From positions 3,270,001 through 3,302,000 of the forward strand of contig JALDRA010000001.1 in assembly GCA_031316235.1 (NCBI GenBank): a DNA stretch of 32,000 nt, in the 5' to 3' direction. The DNA comes from Candidatus Scalindua sp. Its GTDB lineage: Bacteria; Planctomycetota; Brocadiia; Brocadiales; Scalinduaceae. A model generated the notes under the pieces. The model did not search any database, was not told the DNA's origin, and saw only the letters and a list, made by a program, of their open reading frames with translations. The position numbers and the translations under genes are program-made. Below are positions 1 through 8,925 of this stretch, one piece after another. Numbering within the stretch: the first letter of the stretch is position 1; each line of letters opens with the position of its first letter.

Positions 1-2
1 TA

Positions 3-638
3 CGAATAGAGATTAATCAGATATCGGACGCTTACAAGCAAGGATTAAAAAGTATTCAAAAGGACACAACCGAAATCGAAAATTACCTTAGTTTAAAGGA
101 ATCTATGCTGGAAATTGCCGTAAAGGATAAGAAGGATAAAATTATTTCTAAAATCCAGGAGGTTGATGAGTCCATACATAACATTAACGAGGAGGTTAAG
201 GCGCTAGAGAAAGCTCTTCAAACAGCTCAGGAGGGATACAGAGATGCAAAAGTAAACCGTGACAAAAGTCAAATTAACTACAATTCCTTTAAGGCTAAAC
301 AAAAGGATATCGAGGACAAACTAAAAAAGCTTAAAGATTTAAAGCAATTAATAGTAAAGGAAGAAGACGGTAATAATAATACGACGAATATGTATTTCTT
401 TATCCAGGATATCAAAATGCTTTTTGAAGAAACGAAATCCGATATTTTATCTGTGGAAGATTTCAAACAAAAATTGCTTGAGGCGTGGAACGGACTCGAC
501 GCCAATGAAATGAGTGTAAGAGCTAAAGAGTCGTTACTTGAGGAGGCGAAAAAGAAACTTAATGAAAAGCAAAAAGCTTTGGAAACAGCAAGGAAAGATC
601 GCAACCAGCTTATTTTGGAAATACTGAAAACAATATAA
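3..638 (+). CDS. Coiled-coil protein, 5'-partial (frame open to the left window edge)
   Basis: The frame of the 105..638 ORF stays open back to nt 3 (RIEINQISDAYKQGLKSIQKD...), so the listed Met is probably internal. The sequence is Lys/Glu/Gln-rich and heptad-like with no enzymatic motif. TAA stop at 636-638. It is much more AT-rich than the tube genes that follow. Confidence 0.6.
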   Translation, partial: RIEINQISDAYKQGLKSIQKDTTEIENYLSLKESMLEIAVKDKKDKIISKIQEVDESIHNINEEVKALEKALQTAQEGYRDAKVNRDKSQINYNSFKAKQKDIEDKLKKLKDLKQLIVKEEDGNNNTTNMYFFIQDIKMLFEETKSDILSVEDFKQKLLEAWNGLDANEMSVRAKESLLEEAKKKLNEKQKALETARKDRNQLILEILKTI

Positions 639-661
639 AATATATTGAAAGGAGAATAACT

Positions 662-1099
662 ATGGCACAAGAATATCCATTACCCAGATTTCACTTTCAG
701 GTAGATTGGGGTGGGGCAAAAATCAGTTTTGCGGAAGTAACAGGACTTGTTATGGAGAGGGAGAAGATCGAATACCGGCACAGTGACAGCAAGGACTTCA
801 ATAAAATCGCCATGCCAGGATTGATCAAGAATAACAACATCACCATGAAGCGCGGTAAATTTGAGAAAGATTTCGATTTCAACACATGGATGGACGATGT
901 GGCCAACGAGAGGGTAGAAAAACGGCGTGATGTGGTCATCCGATTGTTGAACGAAAAGCACGAGCCTATGGCCGCCTGGTCAGCCTCCAGATGTTTTCCG
1001 GTAAAGGTTACTGCCGCTGATTTGAAATCTGACGCGAATGAGGCTGCGATAGAGAGCATTGAGATTGCCCACGAGGGGTTGAGATTGATGAAGGTTTAA
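662..1099 (+). CDS. Contractile-tail tube protein, T4 gp19-like (Afp1/Afp5-type)
   Basis: Strong RBS (gaaaggagaataactATG). YPLPRFHFQVDWGG..ISFAEVTGL..EKIEYRH...MPGLIKNNNITMKRG matches the gp19-like tail-tube signature used by eCIS tube proteins. Confidence 0.9.
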   Translation: MAQEYPLPRFHFQVDWGGAKISFAEVTGLVMEREKIEYRHSDSKDFNKIAMPGLIKNNNITMKRGKFEKDFDFNTWMDDVANERVEKRRDVVIRLLNEKHEPMAAWSASRCFPVKVTAADLKSDANEAAIESIEIAHEGLRLMKV

Positions 1100-1110
1100 T
1101 GAGATGAGCC

Positions 1111-1569
1111 ATGAGTGACTATTATCCGCCGTGGGGATTCTACTATAAAGTGGAATTTACCGGCAGCGACATTGACATTGGCATTGGCCAGAATAAAAAT
1201 GACGTGCGTTTCCAGACCGTGTCAGGTCTCTCTGTGGAATACGACATTGAAGAGTATAAGGAGGGGGGCGAAAACCGCTTTATCCACAAGCTGCCCGTGC
1301 GTACCAAATACGCGGATCTGGTGCTGAAGCGCGGCATGGTAACGGGTTCACAGGTGATCAATTGGTTCCTCAAGGCCTTTCGTGACCGGGAGTTTAAGCC
1401 GGCAGACGTCAACGTTATTCTGATGAACGAAAAGAGTGAACCTTTGCGCACCTGGAAGGTCGCTCATGCCATTCCCAGGAAATGGGTTGTCAGCGATTTG
1501 AATGCCAATGAAAATTCCGTTGTCATAGAGACGATGGAGCTTTCCTATCGTTATTTTACGATTCAATAA
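1111..1569 (+). CDS. Second gp19-like tube protein (paralogue)
   Basis: FQTVSGLSVEYDIEEYKEGGENRFIHKLPVRTKYADLVLKRGM is the canonical gp19-like tube motif. It sits tandem to the first tube gene. Confidence 0.9.
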   Translation: MSDYYPPWGFYYKVEFTGSDIDIGIGQNKNDVRFQTVSGLSVEYDIEEYKEGGENRFIHKLPVRTKYADLVLKRGMVTGSQVINWFLKAFRDREFKPADVNVILMNEKSEPLRTWKVAHAIPRKWVVSDLNANENSVVIETMELSYRYFTIQ

Positions 1570-1590
1570 GGGTAAAAACGGAAATCACCA

Positions 1591-1773
1591 ATGCCTATAG
1601 AAATCAAAGAACTCCATATACGCGTTGCAGTCAATACATCGCAGAGCGGACAACCGGGAGTCCGAACGGTTGCCTCCGGCAGCAAGCCTTCTGCTGATGA
1701 AGCGAAAGAGGCCATAGTGGCAGAATGTGTGGAACAGGTATTGCAAATTATCCAAAATAAGGCGGAGCGCTGA
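1591..1773 (+). CDS. Small DUF5908 / Afp6-Pvc6-like protein
   Basis: 60 aa with an N-terminus MPIEIKELHIRVAVN typical of this family. It lies between the tube and LysM genes. Its stop overlaps the next start (TGATG, 1771-1775). Confidence 0.7.
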   Translation: MPIEIKELHIRVAVNTSQSGQPGVRTVASGSKPSADEAKEAIVAECVEQVLQIIQNKAER

Positions 1774-2483
1774 TGGCTGAAACCGGTAAATTGGAGAAGA
1801 TGCTGATCCTCGCCTTCGATAGCTCAGAAGCCGCTGAAAGCGGCGGAAAAATGGAGGCGAAAGACAGTTTTGAGGCATTGATCAACCCGGAAACCTACAC
1901 GCTTGACTATAAACTCAAGTTTTCTGAGTCAGGGCAGGGACAGGGAACGAGCGGTAAGCAATTAAAATACGAGTATACCGAACCGGAGGAGATCACCTTT
2001 GAGTTTCTGTTTGATAACACGGGGATTATTGACGGGAAACCACATGCTTCGATCGCTGACGACATAAAAAAGTTCAAACAGGTATTAATTGAATACAAGG
2101 GCGATGCGCACGAGCCACGCCATTTCAAACTGGTGTGGGGTGAAAATTCGATTTTCAAAGGTCGGGTTACGGAAGTCGGCATTACCTATAAGATGTTCAA
2201 ACCCGATGGGACTCCCATCCGGGCAATAGCTAAAGTCAAGTTCAAAAGCAGTATTGAAGAGCAAAAACGGGCGGCAAAGGAAAATAAAAAGTCATCTGAC
2301 CTGACGCACCTTCGTAAGGTAAAGGCAGGCGACACCCTGCCGCTTATGTGTTACCGGATATACGGAGAATCAAAATATTATCTTAAGGTTGCGGAAGCAA
2401 ACGGTCTTGGTAATTTCCGGTTGCTGACACCGGGACAGGACATTGCTTTTCCACCAATTGAAAAGACTGGCAGGCAACGGTGA
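1773..2483 (+). CDS. Tube-initiator protein with C-terminal LysM (Afp7/Pvc7-like)
   Basis: N-terminal tube-like region (KLEKMLILAF...FEALINPETYTLDYK...ITFEFLFDNTG) plus a C-terminal LysM (VKAGDTLPLMCYRIYGESKYYLKVAEANGLGNFRLLTPGQDIAFP). Confidence 0.85.
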   Translation: MAETGKLEKMLILAFDSSEAAESGGKMEAKDSFEALINPETYTLDYKLKFSESGQGQGTSGKQLKYEYTEPEEITFEFLFDNTGIIDGKPHASIADDIKKFKQVLIEYKGDAHEPRHFKLVWGENSIFKGRVTEVGITYKMFKPDGTPIRAIAKVKFKSSIEEQKRAAKENKKSSDLTHLRKVKAGDTLPLMCYRIYGESKYYLKVAEANGLGNFRLLTPGQDIAFPPIEKTGRQR

Positions 2484-4246
2484 GCAACGAATCAACTATT
2501 CCAACACCTGCAACACCTGATGTATGCACCGTTGGCATTCTTGTCAATGGGGCAGAAATTCCCGGAAGATTTCATGTGTTGTCGGTTTCTGTGACAAGGG
2601 AGTTGAATCGTATTCCGGCGGCTGTAATTCAACTTCTGGATGGGGAGGCATCCAAATCGACCTTTGAGGCGAGCAATAGCGATCTTTTTATCCCTGGCAA
2701 AAAGATAGAGATCCAGCTTGGCTATCGTTCGCAGAATGATCCGGTGTTCAAGGGTATTGTGGTCAGGAATGGCATCAGGATTCGTAAGAACGGTAGCTTT
2801 CTCACCGTGGAATGCCGTGACGAATCGGTTAAAATGACCGGCGGTGTGAAAAGCCGCTATTTTATTGATAAAAAAGACAGTGAAATTATGAAAGAAATTA
2901 TCGGATCATACTCGTTGCAAAAAGATGTAAAACCAACCGTACCTGCCTTGAAAGAGGTTACCCAATACAATTCCACGGACTGGGATTTTCTCTTATGTCG
3001 CGCTGAAGCCAACGGACAGGTCGTTATTGTAACAGATGGAAAGGTTATTGTGACCCAACCAGCTATCGGGGATGAGCCGGTGGTTAGCGTTAAATATGGA
3101 GCCACGCTATTGGAGCTGGATGCTGAAATAGATGCGCGTCGTCAGAGCAAAGGGATCAAGGCGAGCAGTTGGAATCCTGCAGAACAAAAAGTTGCGGAAA
3201 TGGAGGCAAAAGAACCTCCCGCAATGAACACCGGAAATCTTTCACCGGACAGCCTGGCTGGCGTTATCGGCGGAGAAAAACATGATGTCCGGCACGGAGG
3301 CATGCTAAGCGAACCTGAACTTCAGGCCTGGGCAGACGGCCGGTTGCTGAAAGAGCGTATGGCCAAGGTGCGCGGAAGGGCAAGGTTTCAGGGTTTTGCC
3401 GCGGTCTTGCCGGGTAAAATTATCGAAGTGTCCGGCATTGGAGAGCGGTTTGAAGGGGAAATGTATGTCTCCGGCGTTCGCCACATGGTGGCAGGCGGAA
3501 ATTGGGAAACAGATATTCAGTTTGGATTGAGTCCTGAACTATTCGCCGAAACCTATAACCTGCGCCCCTTGCCTGCTGCCGGCTTAATTCCCGCGGTGAG
3601 CGGCCTGCAAATCGGGGTTGTCACCGTGCTGGAAAATGATCCGGATGGTGAGGATCGGATTAAAGTTCGGCTTCCTTTAGTCAGCGATGCCGAAGAGGGT
3701 ATCTGGTCCCGTATCGCCACACTTGATGCAGGGAAAGGGCGAGGCACTTTTTTCCGTCCTGAAATTGGCGACGAGGTGGTAGTGGGATTCCTCAATGATG
3801 ACCCGCGCCATCCTGTAGTGCTGGGGATGTGCCACAGCAGCGCCAAGCCCGCCCCCGAACCGGCAAAAGATGACAACCACCGGAAGGGCTATGTCAGCCG
3901 CGAAAAAATGGAATTTATTTTTGATGACGAAAAAAAAGTGATCGTTCTTGGAACACCTGGAGGAAATAAAATCACCTTGTCAGAGGAAGACAAGGCCATC
4001 GTCGTTGAAGATCAAAATGGGAATAAAATGACGTTAAATGACAGCGGGATAAAAATTGAGAGCAGTAAAGATATCGTGATAAAGGCCGCCAAAGACGTAA
4101 AAATTGAAGGTATGAGCATCGACGTAAAAGCCCAAACCGCCTTCAAGGCTGCCGGAACAGCCAGTGCTGAGGTTTCCGGGGCGAGCACGACAATAAAGGG
4201 GAGCGCTAATACCGTAATACAGGGCGGGGTTGTTCAAATCAACTGA
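2480..4246 (+). CDS. Spike protein, VgrG / gp5-gp27-like (Afp8-like)
   Basis: GTG start overlaps the previous stop (GTGA). gp5 OB-fold signature GIWSRIATLDAGKGRGTFFRPEIGDEVVVGFLNDDPRHPVVLG, followed by beta-helix-like repeats (KITLSEEDKAIVVEDQNGNKMTLNDSGIKIESSKDIVIKAAKDVKIEG). Confidence 0.9.
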   Translation: MSNESTIPTPATPDVCTVGILVNGAEIPGRFHVLSVSVTRELNRIPAAVIQLLDGEASKSTFEASNSDLFIPGKKIEIQLGYRSQNDPVFKGIVVRNGIRIRKNGSFLTVECRDESVKMTGGVKSRYFIDKKDSEIMKEIIGSYSLQKDVKPTVPALKEVTQYNSTDWDFLLCRAEANGQVVIVTDGKVIVTQPAIGDEPVVSVKYGATLLELDAEIDARRQSKGIKASSWNPAEQKVAEMEAKEPPAMNTGNLSPDSLAGVIGGEKHDVRHGGMLSEPELQAWADGRLLKERMAKVRGRARFQGFAAVLPGKIIEVSGIGERFEGEMYVSGVRHMVAGGNWETDIQFGLSPELFAETYNLRPLPAAGLIPAVSGLQIGVVTVLENDPDGEDRIKVRLPLVSDAEEGIWSRIATLDAGKGRGTFFRPEIGDEVVVGFLNDDPRHPVVLGMCHSSAKPAPEPAKDDNHRKGYVSREKMEFIFDDEKKVIVLGTPGGNKITLSEEDKAIVVEDQNGNKMTLNDSGIKIESSKDIVIKAAKDVKIEGMSIDVKAQTAFKAAGTASAEVSGASTTIKGSANTVIQGGVVQIN

Positions 4247-4269
4247 TTCATCGATAGGAGAAAGTGAAT

Positions 4270-4539
4270 ATGATGCCTGCTGCGCGTGTGACCGACATGA
4301 TTGTCAGTACCGCAACCTTGGGAGTTCCAACGCCGATCATCCCGCCGGGTGCGCCAACGGTTTTGATCGGAGGGCTTCCGGCAGCGCGCATGGGCGATAC
4401 GTGCGGCGTAGATGCTATTGTTAAAGGTTCATCCACCGTGATGATCGGAGGAATGCCAGCCGCCAGAATTGCAGATTTAACGGCATCAGGCGGAGCCATA
4501 ATGCCTCCCGGGGCGCTAACGGTTCTAATTGGAGGGTAG
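4270..4539 (+). CDS. PAAR-domain spike-tip protein (Afp10-like)
   Basis: Three PAAR-type repeats (MPAARVTD, GGLPAARMGD, GGMPAARIAD). AGGAG lies 9 nt upstream of ATG 4270; the ORF track begins at GTG 4264. Confidence 0.9.
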   Translation: MMPAARVTDMIVSTATLGVPTPIIPPGAPTVLIGGLPAARMGDTCGVDAIVKGSSTVMIGGMPAARIADLTASGGAIMPPGALTVLIGG

Positions 4540-4543
4540 CAGC

Positions 4544-4987
4544 ATGAAAAAAGAATTTCTGGGTCGGGGATGGTCTTTTCCACCTTCATTCAATCGAAGC
4601 TTCAAGGGTGTGAAAATGCTGGAGCAGGAGGCCGATATCGTCTCCAGCCTCGAAGTGCTCCTCAGCACTGCGCAGGGAGAGCGCGTGATGCAGCCACAAT
4701 ACGGCTGCAATCTGGAAGAACTGGTCTTTGAGAGTCTGGATACGCGCATGAAGACCCTGATGGCAGATAAAGTAGAGTCTGCCATTCTTTACCATGAACC
4801 GCGTATCGATTTGGAAAAGGTACGCCTGGATGAAAGCCGTGAACTGGAGGGCGTTGTGTTGATAGAAATCACCTACCGGGTGAAATCCACCAATTCGCGA
4901 TTTAATTTTGTTTATCCTTACTACTTGCTGGAGGGAACGGACATTAACCTTGCAACAACGGTTAATCTTCTGCCTGATAAAGATTGA
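4544..4987 (+). CDS. GPW/gp25-family baseplate wedge protein (Afp9-like)
   Basis: GRGWSFPPSF...DIVSSLEVLLSTAQGERVMQPQYGCNLEELVFE is the gp25 signature. ATG 4544 is preceded by GGAGGG, so the upstream part of the tracked ORF (4529) is probably not translated. Confidence 0.9.
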   Translation: MKKEFLGRGWSFPPSFNRSFKGVKMLEQEADIVSSLEVLLSTAQGERVMQPQYGCNLEELVFESLDTRMKTLMADKVESAILYHEPRIDLEKVRLDESRELEGVVLIEITYRVKSTNSRFNFVYPYYLLEGTDINLATTVNLLPDKD

Positions 4988-7900
4988 TTATGGATAATAC
5001 TACGAACTGCTCACAAAATACGGACTCCCTGAAGCTTGTCCGCGAAGGCACAAGCCAGGAACAGCGCTTTTCTCCGGCGCTCGATCCTGTATATGCCCCG
5101 GTAGACGAACGAACCATCGCGCATCGTATGGTCTTCGCGCAGGCGTACGCGACCAAGCTGAAATACTTCAATTCCAACAATGCGTGGGAAGGCGATTGGC
5201 AGGCATTTTTTAACAATGACGTGTCGGCGCTGTTGGCTGTGGCAGCAGTGCAGGACGTGGATGATTACAGAGCTAATGTATATGAATATTTAAAATTTTT
5301 AAAAGACCATAACAATCAATCAAAAGAGCAGGACTTAAAAAACAATTTAGGCTATCTGTTCAGTTGCGCAGGCACCCTTGCCAAACAGTTGGATGTTCTG
5401 AAAGAGGGGTTGCCAGTCGAAATTCCCCTCAAAGTTGCCCTGCAAAACATGATTCAAAGCCAATTGGCTGGCGAATTCAAAAGACTTATAGCTTGTTACA
5501 AAGCGGATTTGCTCGCTTCGGAACGTGTGGTTGCAGATATTCAGCCTGGCATCAGCATTTTAGGCAAAATAACGGAAAAATTTGTGAATCTTTACCAGGA
5601 TGGTTTATCCAAAGACTGGACGGATAACGCTGCCAGATGGGCTGATTATACAAGTTCAATTCAAGAAAAATCATCGGTTTACGGCTCAGGCACTGTATTC
5701 GAGCGTGTCAACCACATTGCCACGCACAATCTCTTTACTTCAATATTGGACCAGTTTCTAAAGGCATACGCCCGCACGGTTAAGGAAGCTGAAATTGCGC
5801 TGGAAAAATCCTTCGGCGTTTCAGACTTTTCTAAGGAAGAGTTTACAAATTCACGTCCCATCGCAAAGTTGTGCGATGCCCTCAGAAAAGACGGTTTCAT
5901 CTTACAGAATGACACCATCGGAGAACTTAATAATATACTAAAAGACCCCGGCCTGTACGGCAAAACAAAGCAGAACAAAATACAAGTTTCCTCAGAAATA
6001 CTTGATGCGCTTGAAAAGTCATATAACTACAGCAAGTCTGAAAATAGCCTAAAAAAACTCAATCGAATGGCATTAGAGGAGTTTTACCCTCGGGAAACTC
6101 CGAAGAGCGCAACTTTTGACCTCCACGAGCCGCATTATGCGTTGTTTCTTACCTTTCTGCGCTTGTTTGAATTCGCCCGTACGGAAGTGAATACGCTTAC
6201 CGGGCGGCACCTGGATTTTTATTACCGGGAAATTCTTTGGCTCAAGGAAAAAGCCCCAGAACCCGTACATGCGCATTTGCTGGTCGAACTGGCGAAACAG
6301 GTTAACAACCATGAATTCAAAAAGGGTGTGCTGTTCAAGGCAGGGAAAGACGATTTCGGCAAAGACGCTTTTTTTGCAAATGATTACGATTTTGTGGCGA
6401 ACCAGGCTAAGGTAGCAGCACGGAAAACGGTCTATTGCTACAGCGATCAAGACTTAGAACCAGAAGCGCCGACATATCCAGACAGAGAAAGACTTTTTGC
6501 TTCCACAGTTGCCAATTCAGACGACGGAATGGGGGCTGAACTGACTTCCCTAGATAAATCATGGCATCCCTTTCACAACAAAATGTATCAGGATGGGGAG
6601 CTGTCGGAAATTAAGATGCCGAAGGCGGAGGTCGGTTTTGCCATTGCCTCGCATTACTTGTTGATGGTAGGAGGAAAAAGGATAGTGACCGTTACGTTTA
6701 AAGCCACGTCTGGCGTTACAGAGATAGATCACAAGGACGATATCGTTTGTTTGTTTACTGCTGAAAAAGGGTGGTTTAAAAAAGAAGCTCCGGCGTCCAA
6801 AGCTGAAAATGAAGCTTTTTTGTTCAAAGCAGACAAGACTGATCATCTAACGTTGAAAATCACCCTTGATGGCGCCGATCCAGCTGTCGTGCCTTATACA
6901 GCCAAGACGCATGGCTATAATTTCGCAACCAACCTGCCGGTTTTATTGGTAAAGCTGAAGCATCGGGATGCATTTGAATATATCTACTCTAAACTTCAAG
7001 ATATCGTCGTAGAAAAAATCGATCTGACAGTAGAAGTCGAAGGACTGAAAAATTTGGCTGTCTCCAATGACATCGGTCCGGTGGACATATCCAAGCCGTT
7101 TCAGCCCTTTGGCGCATCGCCGGTGGCAAATAGTGCATTGGTCATTGGCTCAAAAGAGGTCTTTCAAAAAATGCTAAGTTCTGCCAATGTTATTGTGGAG
7201 TGGCAAAGTTCTCCTGCCCCTTATCCTAATAATATAACAATTAATGTCATTACCGAATATCTTCAAAATGGAGGGTGGCAACAGACTGGGATTGCAAACA
7301 AGGACATAAAGAATCAGGAATTCCTTATATTCAATGAAAACGATGAATCATACGTCGATGCCCCCGATCTCTCGGAATTGGAACATTACAATACTTCATC
7401 ACGACACGGCTTTGTCAGGTTAAAATTAGATGCGGATTTTGGCCAGAATAAGTATCAACAAGATTTACTCCAGCATTTGCTGAGGGACAAGGATACGAAA
7501 AATCCGCCAGTCGGACCAACAATGAGTGAACTTCGGGTAGATTACTCTGCTTTACAACCAATAAACTTAAATTCTACCGATGCAGATGATTTCAATAAAC
7601 GAAATGCCCGCTTTTTTCATCTCGCTCCCTTCGGTCATGCCGAGCAACATCCGTTTCTCAATTCGGCCAAAAAAGTTTTCCTTTTACCTCAGTTCGGTTT
7701 TCAACGCGATGGTGCCGCCAATAAGAGTGAAGCAGAATTTTATATCGGCCTCACCGATCTCAAGCCGCTGCAAAATCTTGCCCTGCTCTTCCAGGTGGCA
7801 GACGGCACCGCCGACCCTCTGTCTAATAAGCCCGATCCTCATATCCATTGGAGTTACCTGCTTGGCAACGAATGGATACCCTTTGACAAAAATGAGGTTG

Positions 7901-8925
7901 ACGACAAGACTCGCGGACTCCTCAATTCGGGTATCATTACCTTTGCCATACCCCGGGATGTATCGGATACCAATACCCTCTTGCCAGCCGGGATGCACTG
8001 GATACGGGCGGCAGTGGCATCCGGAAGTGAGGCCATATGCCGGTTGCGACGGGTCGCGGCGCAGGCACTGAAGGCCACTTTTACGGACAAAGGCAATGAC
8101 CAGACCTTTCCGGCTAAGGTGCTGGAATCAGGGACCATCAGTAAACTGGATCAGCCCGACGTCGCAGTCAAAAAAATTACGCAGCCCTTTGCCACCTTCG
8201 GCGGAAGAGGGCGGGAAGAACCCAAGTCATTTTATACCCGTGTCAGCGAGCGTCTGCGCCACAAGGACCGCGGCATCGCCCTGTGGGACTATGAACGGTT
8301 GATCCTGGAAGCGTTTCCGCAAATCTATAAGGCCAAATGCCTGAATCACATGGAGTACGAACCAGATAAATACAGAGAACTTGCTCCTGGTCATGTTACT
8401 GTCGTCACCATTCCGAACCAGCAGTTCCACAAACTCCGCGACCCGTTTAGACCATACACGAGCCTGGGACTTCTTGGGGAAATAGACGCCTTCCTGAGCA
8501 AGCGCCTGTCATGTTTTGTCAAGTTGCATGTCAGAAATCCGGAGTTTGAAGAGATTCAGGTTAAATGTAACGTCCGCCTGAAAGCCGGTCTCGATGAGAC
8601 TTTCTACGAAAACAAGCTGCAGGAAGCCATTACCCGTTTCCTCTCTCCCTGGGCTTTCCCCGGCGGCGGCAGTCCTTCGTTTGGTGGAAAATTTTATAAA
8701 TCGGTGCTGATCAATTTTGTGGAAGACCTGCCGTATGTGGATTATGTGACAGACTTTCAGCTATTGCACACCTTCGATGCGAAGCCAGGGCCAGTTGACA
8801 AGAACGAGATTGAGGGGTCGAAGGCCATATCCATCCTGGTCTCTGCCAGGAAACATGATATTGAACCAATTAACCCCGACGTGGCAGAAACGCCCGGCGA
8901 GAAATGTCCGTGTGAGGCAAAATGA
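4984..8925 (+). CDS. Large baseplate-J/gp6-like protein (Afp11-like), 1313 aa
   Basis: The C-terminal region WDYERLILEAFPQIYKAKCLNH...PGHVTVVTIP is typical of baseplate J/gp47-like proteins. The N-terminal SQEQRFSPALDPVYAPVDERT...GDWQAFFNNDVSALLA resembles eCIS Afp11 homologues. The start is either TTG 4984 (overlapping the gp25 stop) or ATG 4990. Confidence 0.8.
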   Translation: MIMDNTTNCSQNTDSLKLVREGTSQEQRFSPALDPVYAPVDERTIAHRMVFAQAYATKLKYFNSNNAWEGDWQAFFNNDVSALLAVAAVQDVDDYRANVYEYLKFLKDHNNQSKEQDLKNNLGYLFSCAGTLAKQLDVLKEGLPVEIPLKVALQNMIQSQLAGEFKRLIACYKADLLASERVVADIQPGISILGKITEKFVNLYQDGLSKDWTDNAARWADYTSSIQEKSSVYGSGTVFERVNHIATHNLFTSILDQFLKAYARTVKEAEIALEKSFGVSDFSKEEFTNSRPIAKLCDALRKDGFILQNDTIGELNNILKDPGLYGKTKQNKIQVSSEILDALEKSYNYSKSENSLKKLNRMALEEFYPRETPKSATFDLHEPHYALFLTFLRLFEFARTEVNTLTGRHLDFYYREILWLKEKAPEPVHAHLLVELAKQVNNHEFKKGVLFKAGKDDFGKDAFFANDYDFVANQAKVAARKTVYCYSDQDLEPEAPTYPDRERLFASTVANSDDGMGAELTSLDKSWHPFHNKMYQDGELSEIKMPKAEVGFAIASHYLLMVGGKRIVTVTFKATSGVTEIDHKDDIVCLFTAEKGWFKKEAPASKAENEAFLFKADKTDHLTLKITLDGADPAVVPYTAKTHGYNFATNLPVLLVKLKHRDAFEYIYSKLQDIVVEKIDLTVEVEGLKNLAVSNDIGPVDISKPFQPFGASPVANSALVIGSKEVFQKMLSSANVIVEWQSSPAPYPNNITINVITEYLQNGGWQQTGIANKDIKNQEFLIFNENDESYVDAPDLSELEHYNTSSRHGFVRLKLDADFGQNKYQQDLLQHLLRDKDTKNPPVGPTMSELRVDYSALQPINLNSTDADDFNKRNARFFHLAPFGHAEQHPFLNSAKKVFLLPQFGFQRDGAANKSEAEFYIGLTDLKPLQNLALLFQVADGTADPLSNKPDPHIHWSYLLGNEWIPFDKNEVDDKTRGLLNSGIITFAIPRDVSDTNTLLPAGMHWIRAAVASGSEAICRLRRVAAQALKATFTDKGNDQTFPAKVLESGTISKLDQPDVAVKKITQPFATFGGRGREEPKSFYTRVSERLRHKDRGIALWDYERLILEAFPQIYKAKCLNHMEYEPDKYRELAPGHVTVVTIPNQQFHKLRDPFRPYTSLGLLGEIDAFLSKRLSCFVKLHVRNPEFEEIQVKCNVRLKAGLDETFYENKLQEAITRFLSPWAFPGGGSPSFGGKFYKSVLINFVEDLPYVDYVTDFQLLHTFDAKPGPVDKNEIEGSKAISILVSARKHDIEPINPDVAETPGEKCPCEAK

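Noticed and set aside
662-8925. Type VI secretion system (VgrG, PAAR and gp25 are shared components)
   Set aside because: The tubes are gp19-like rather than Hcp-like. The LysM initiator, DUF5908 peptide, tape-measure-like protein and DUF4157 partner are eCIS hallmarks. No TssA/E-G/J/L/M or ClpV-type genes are visible.
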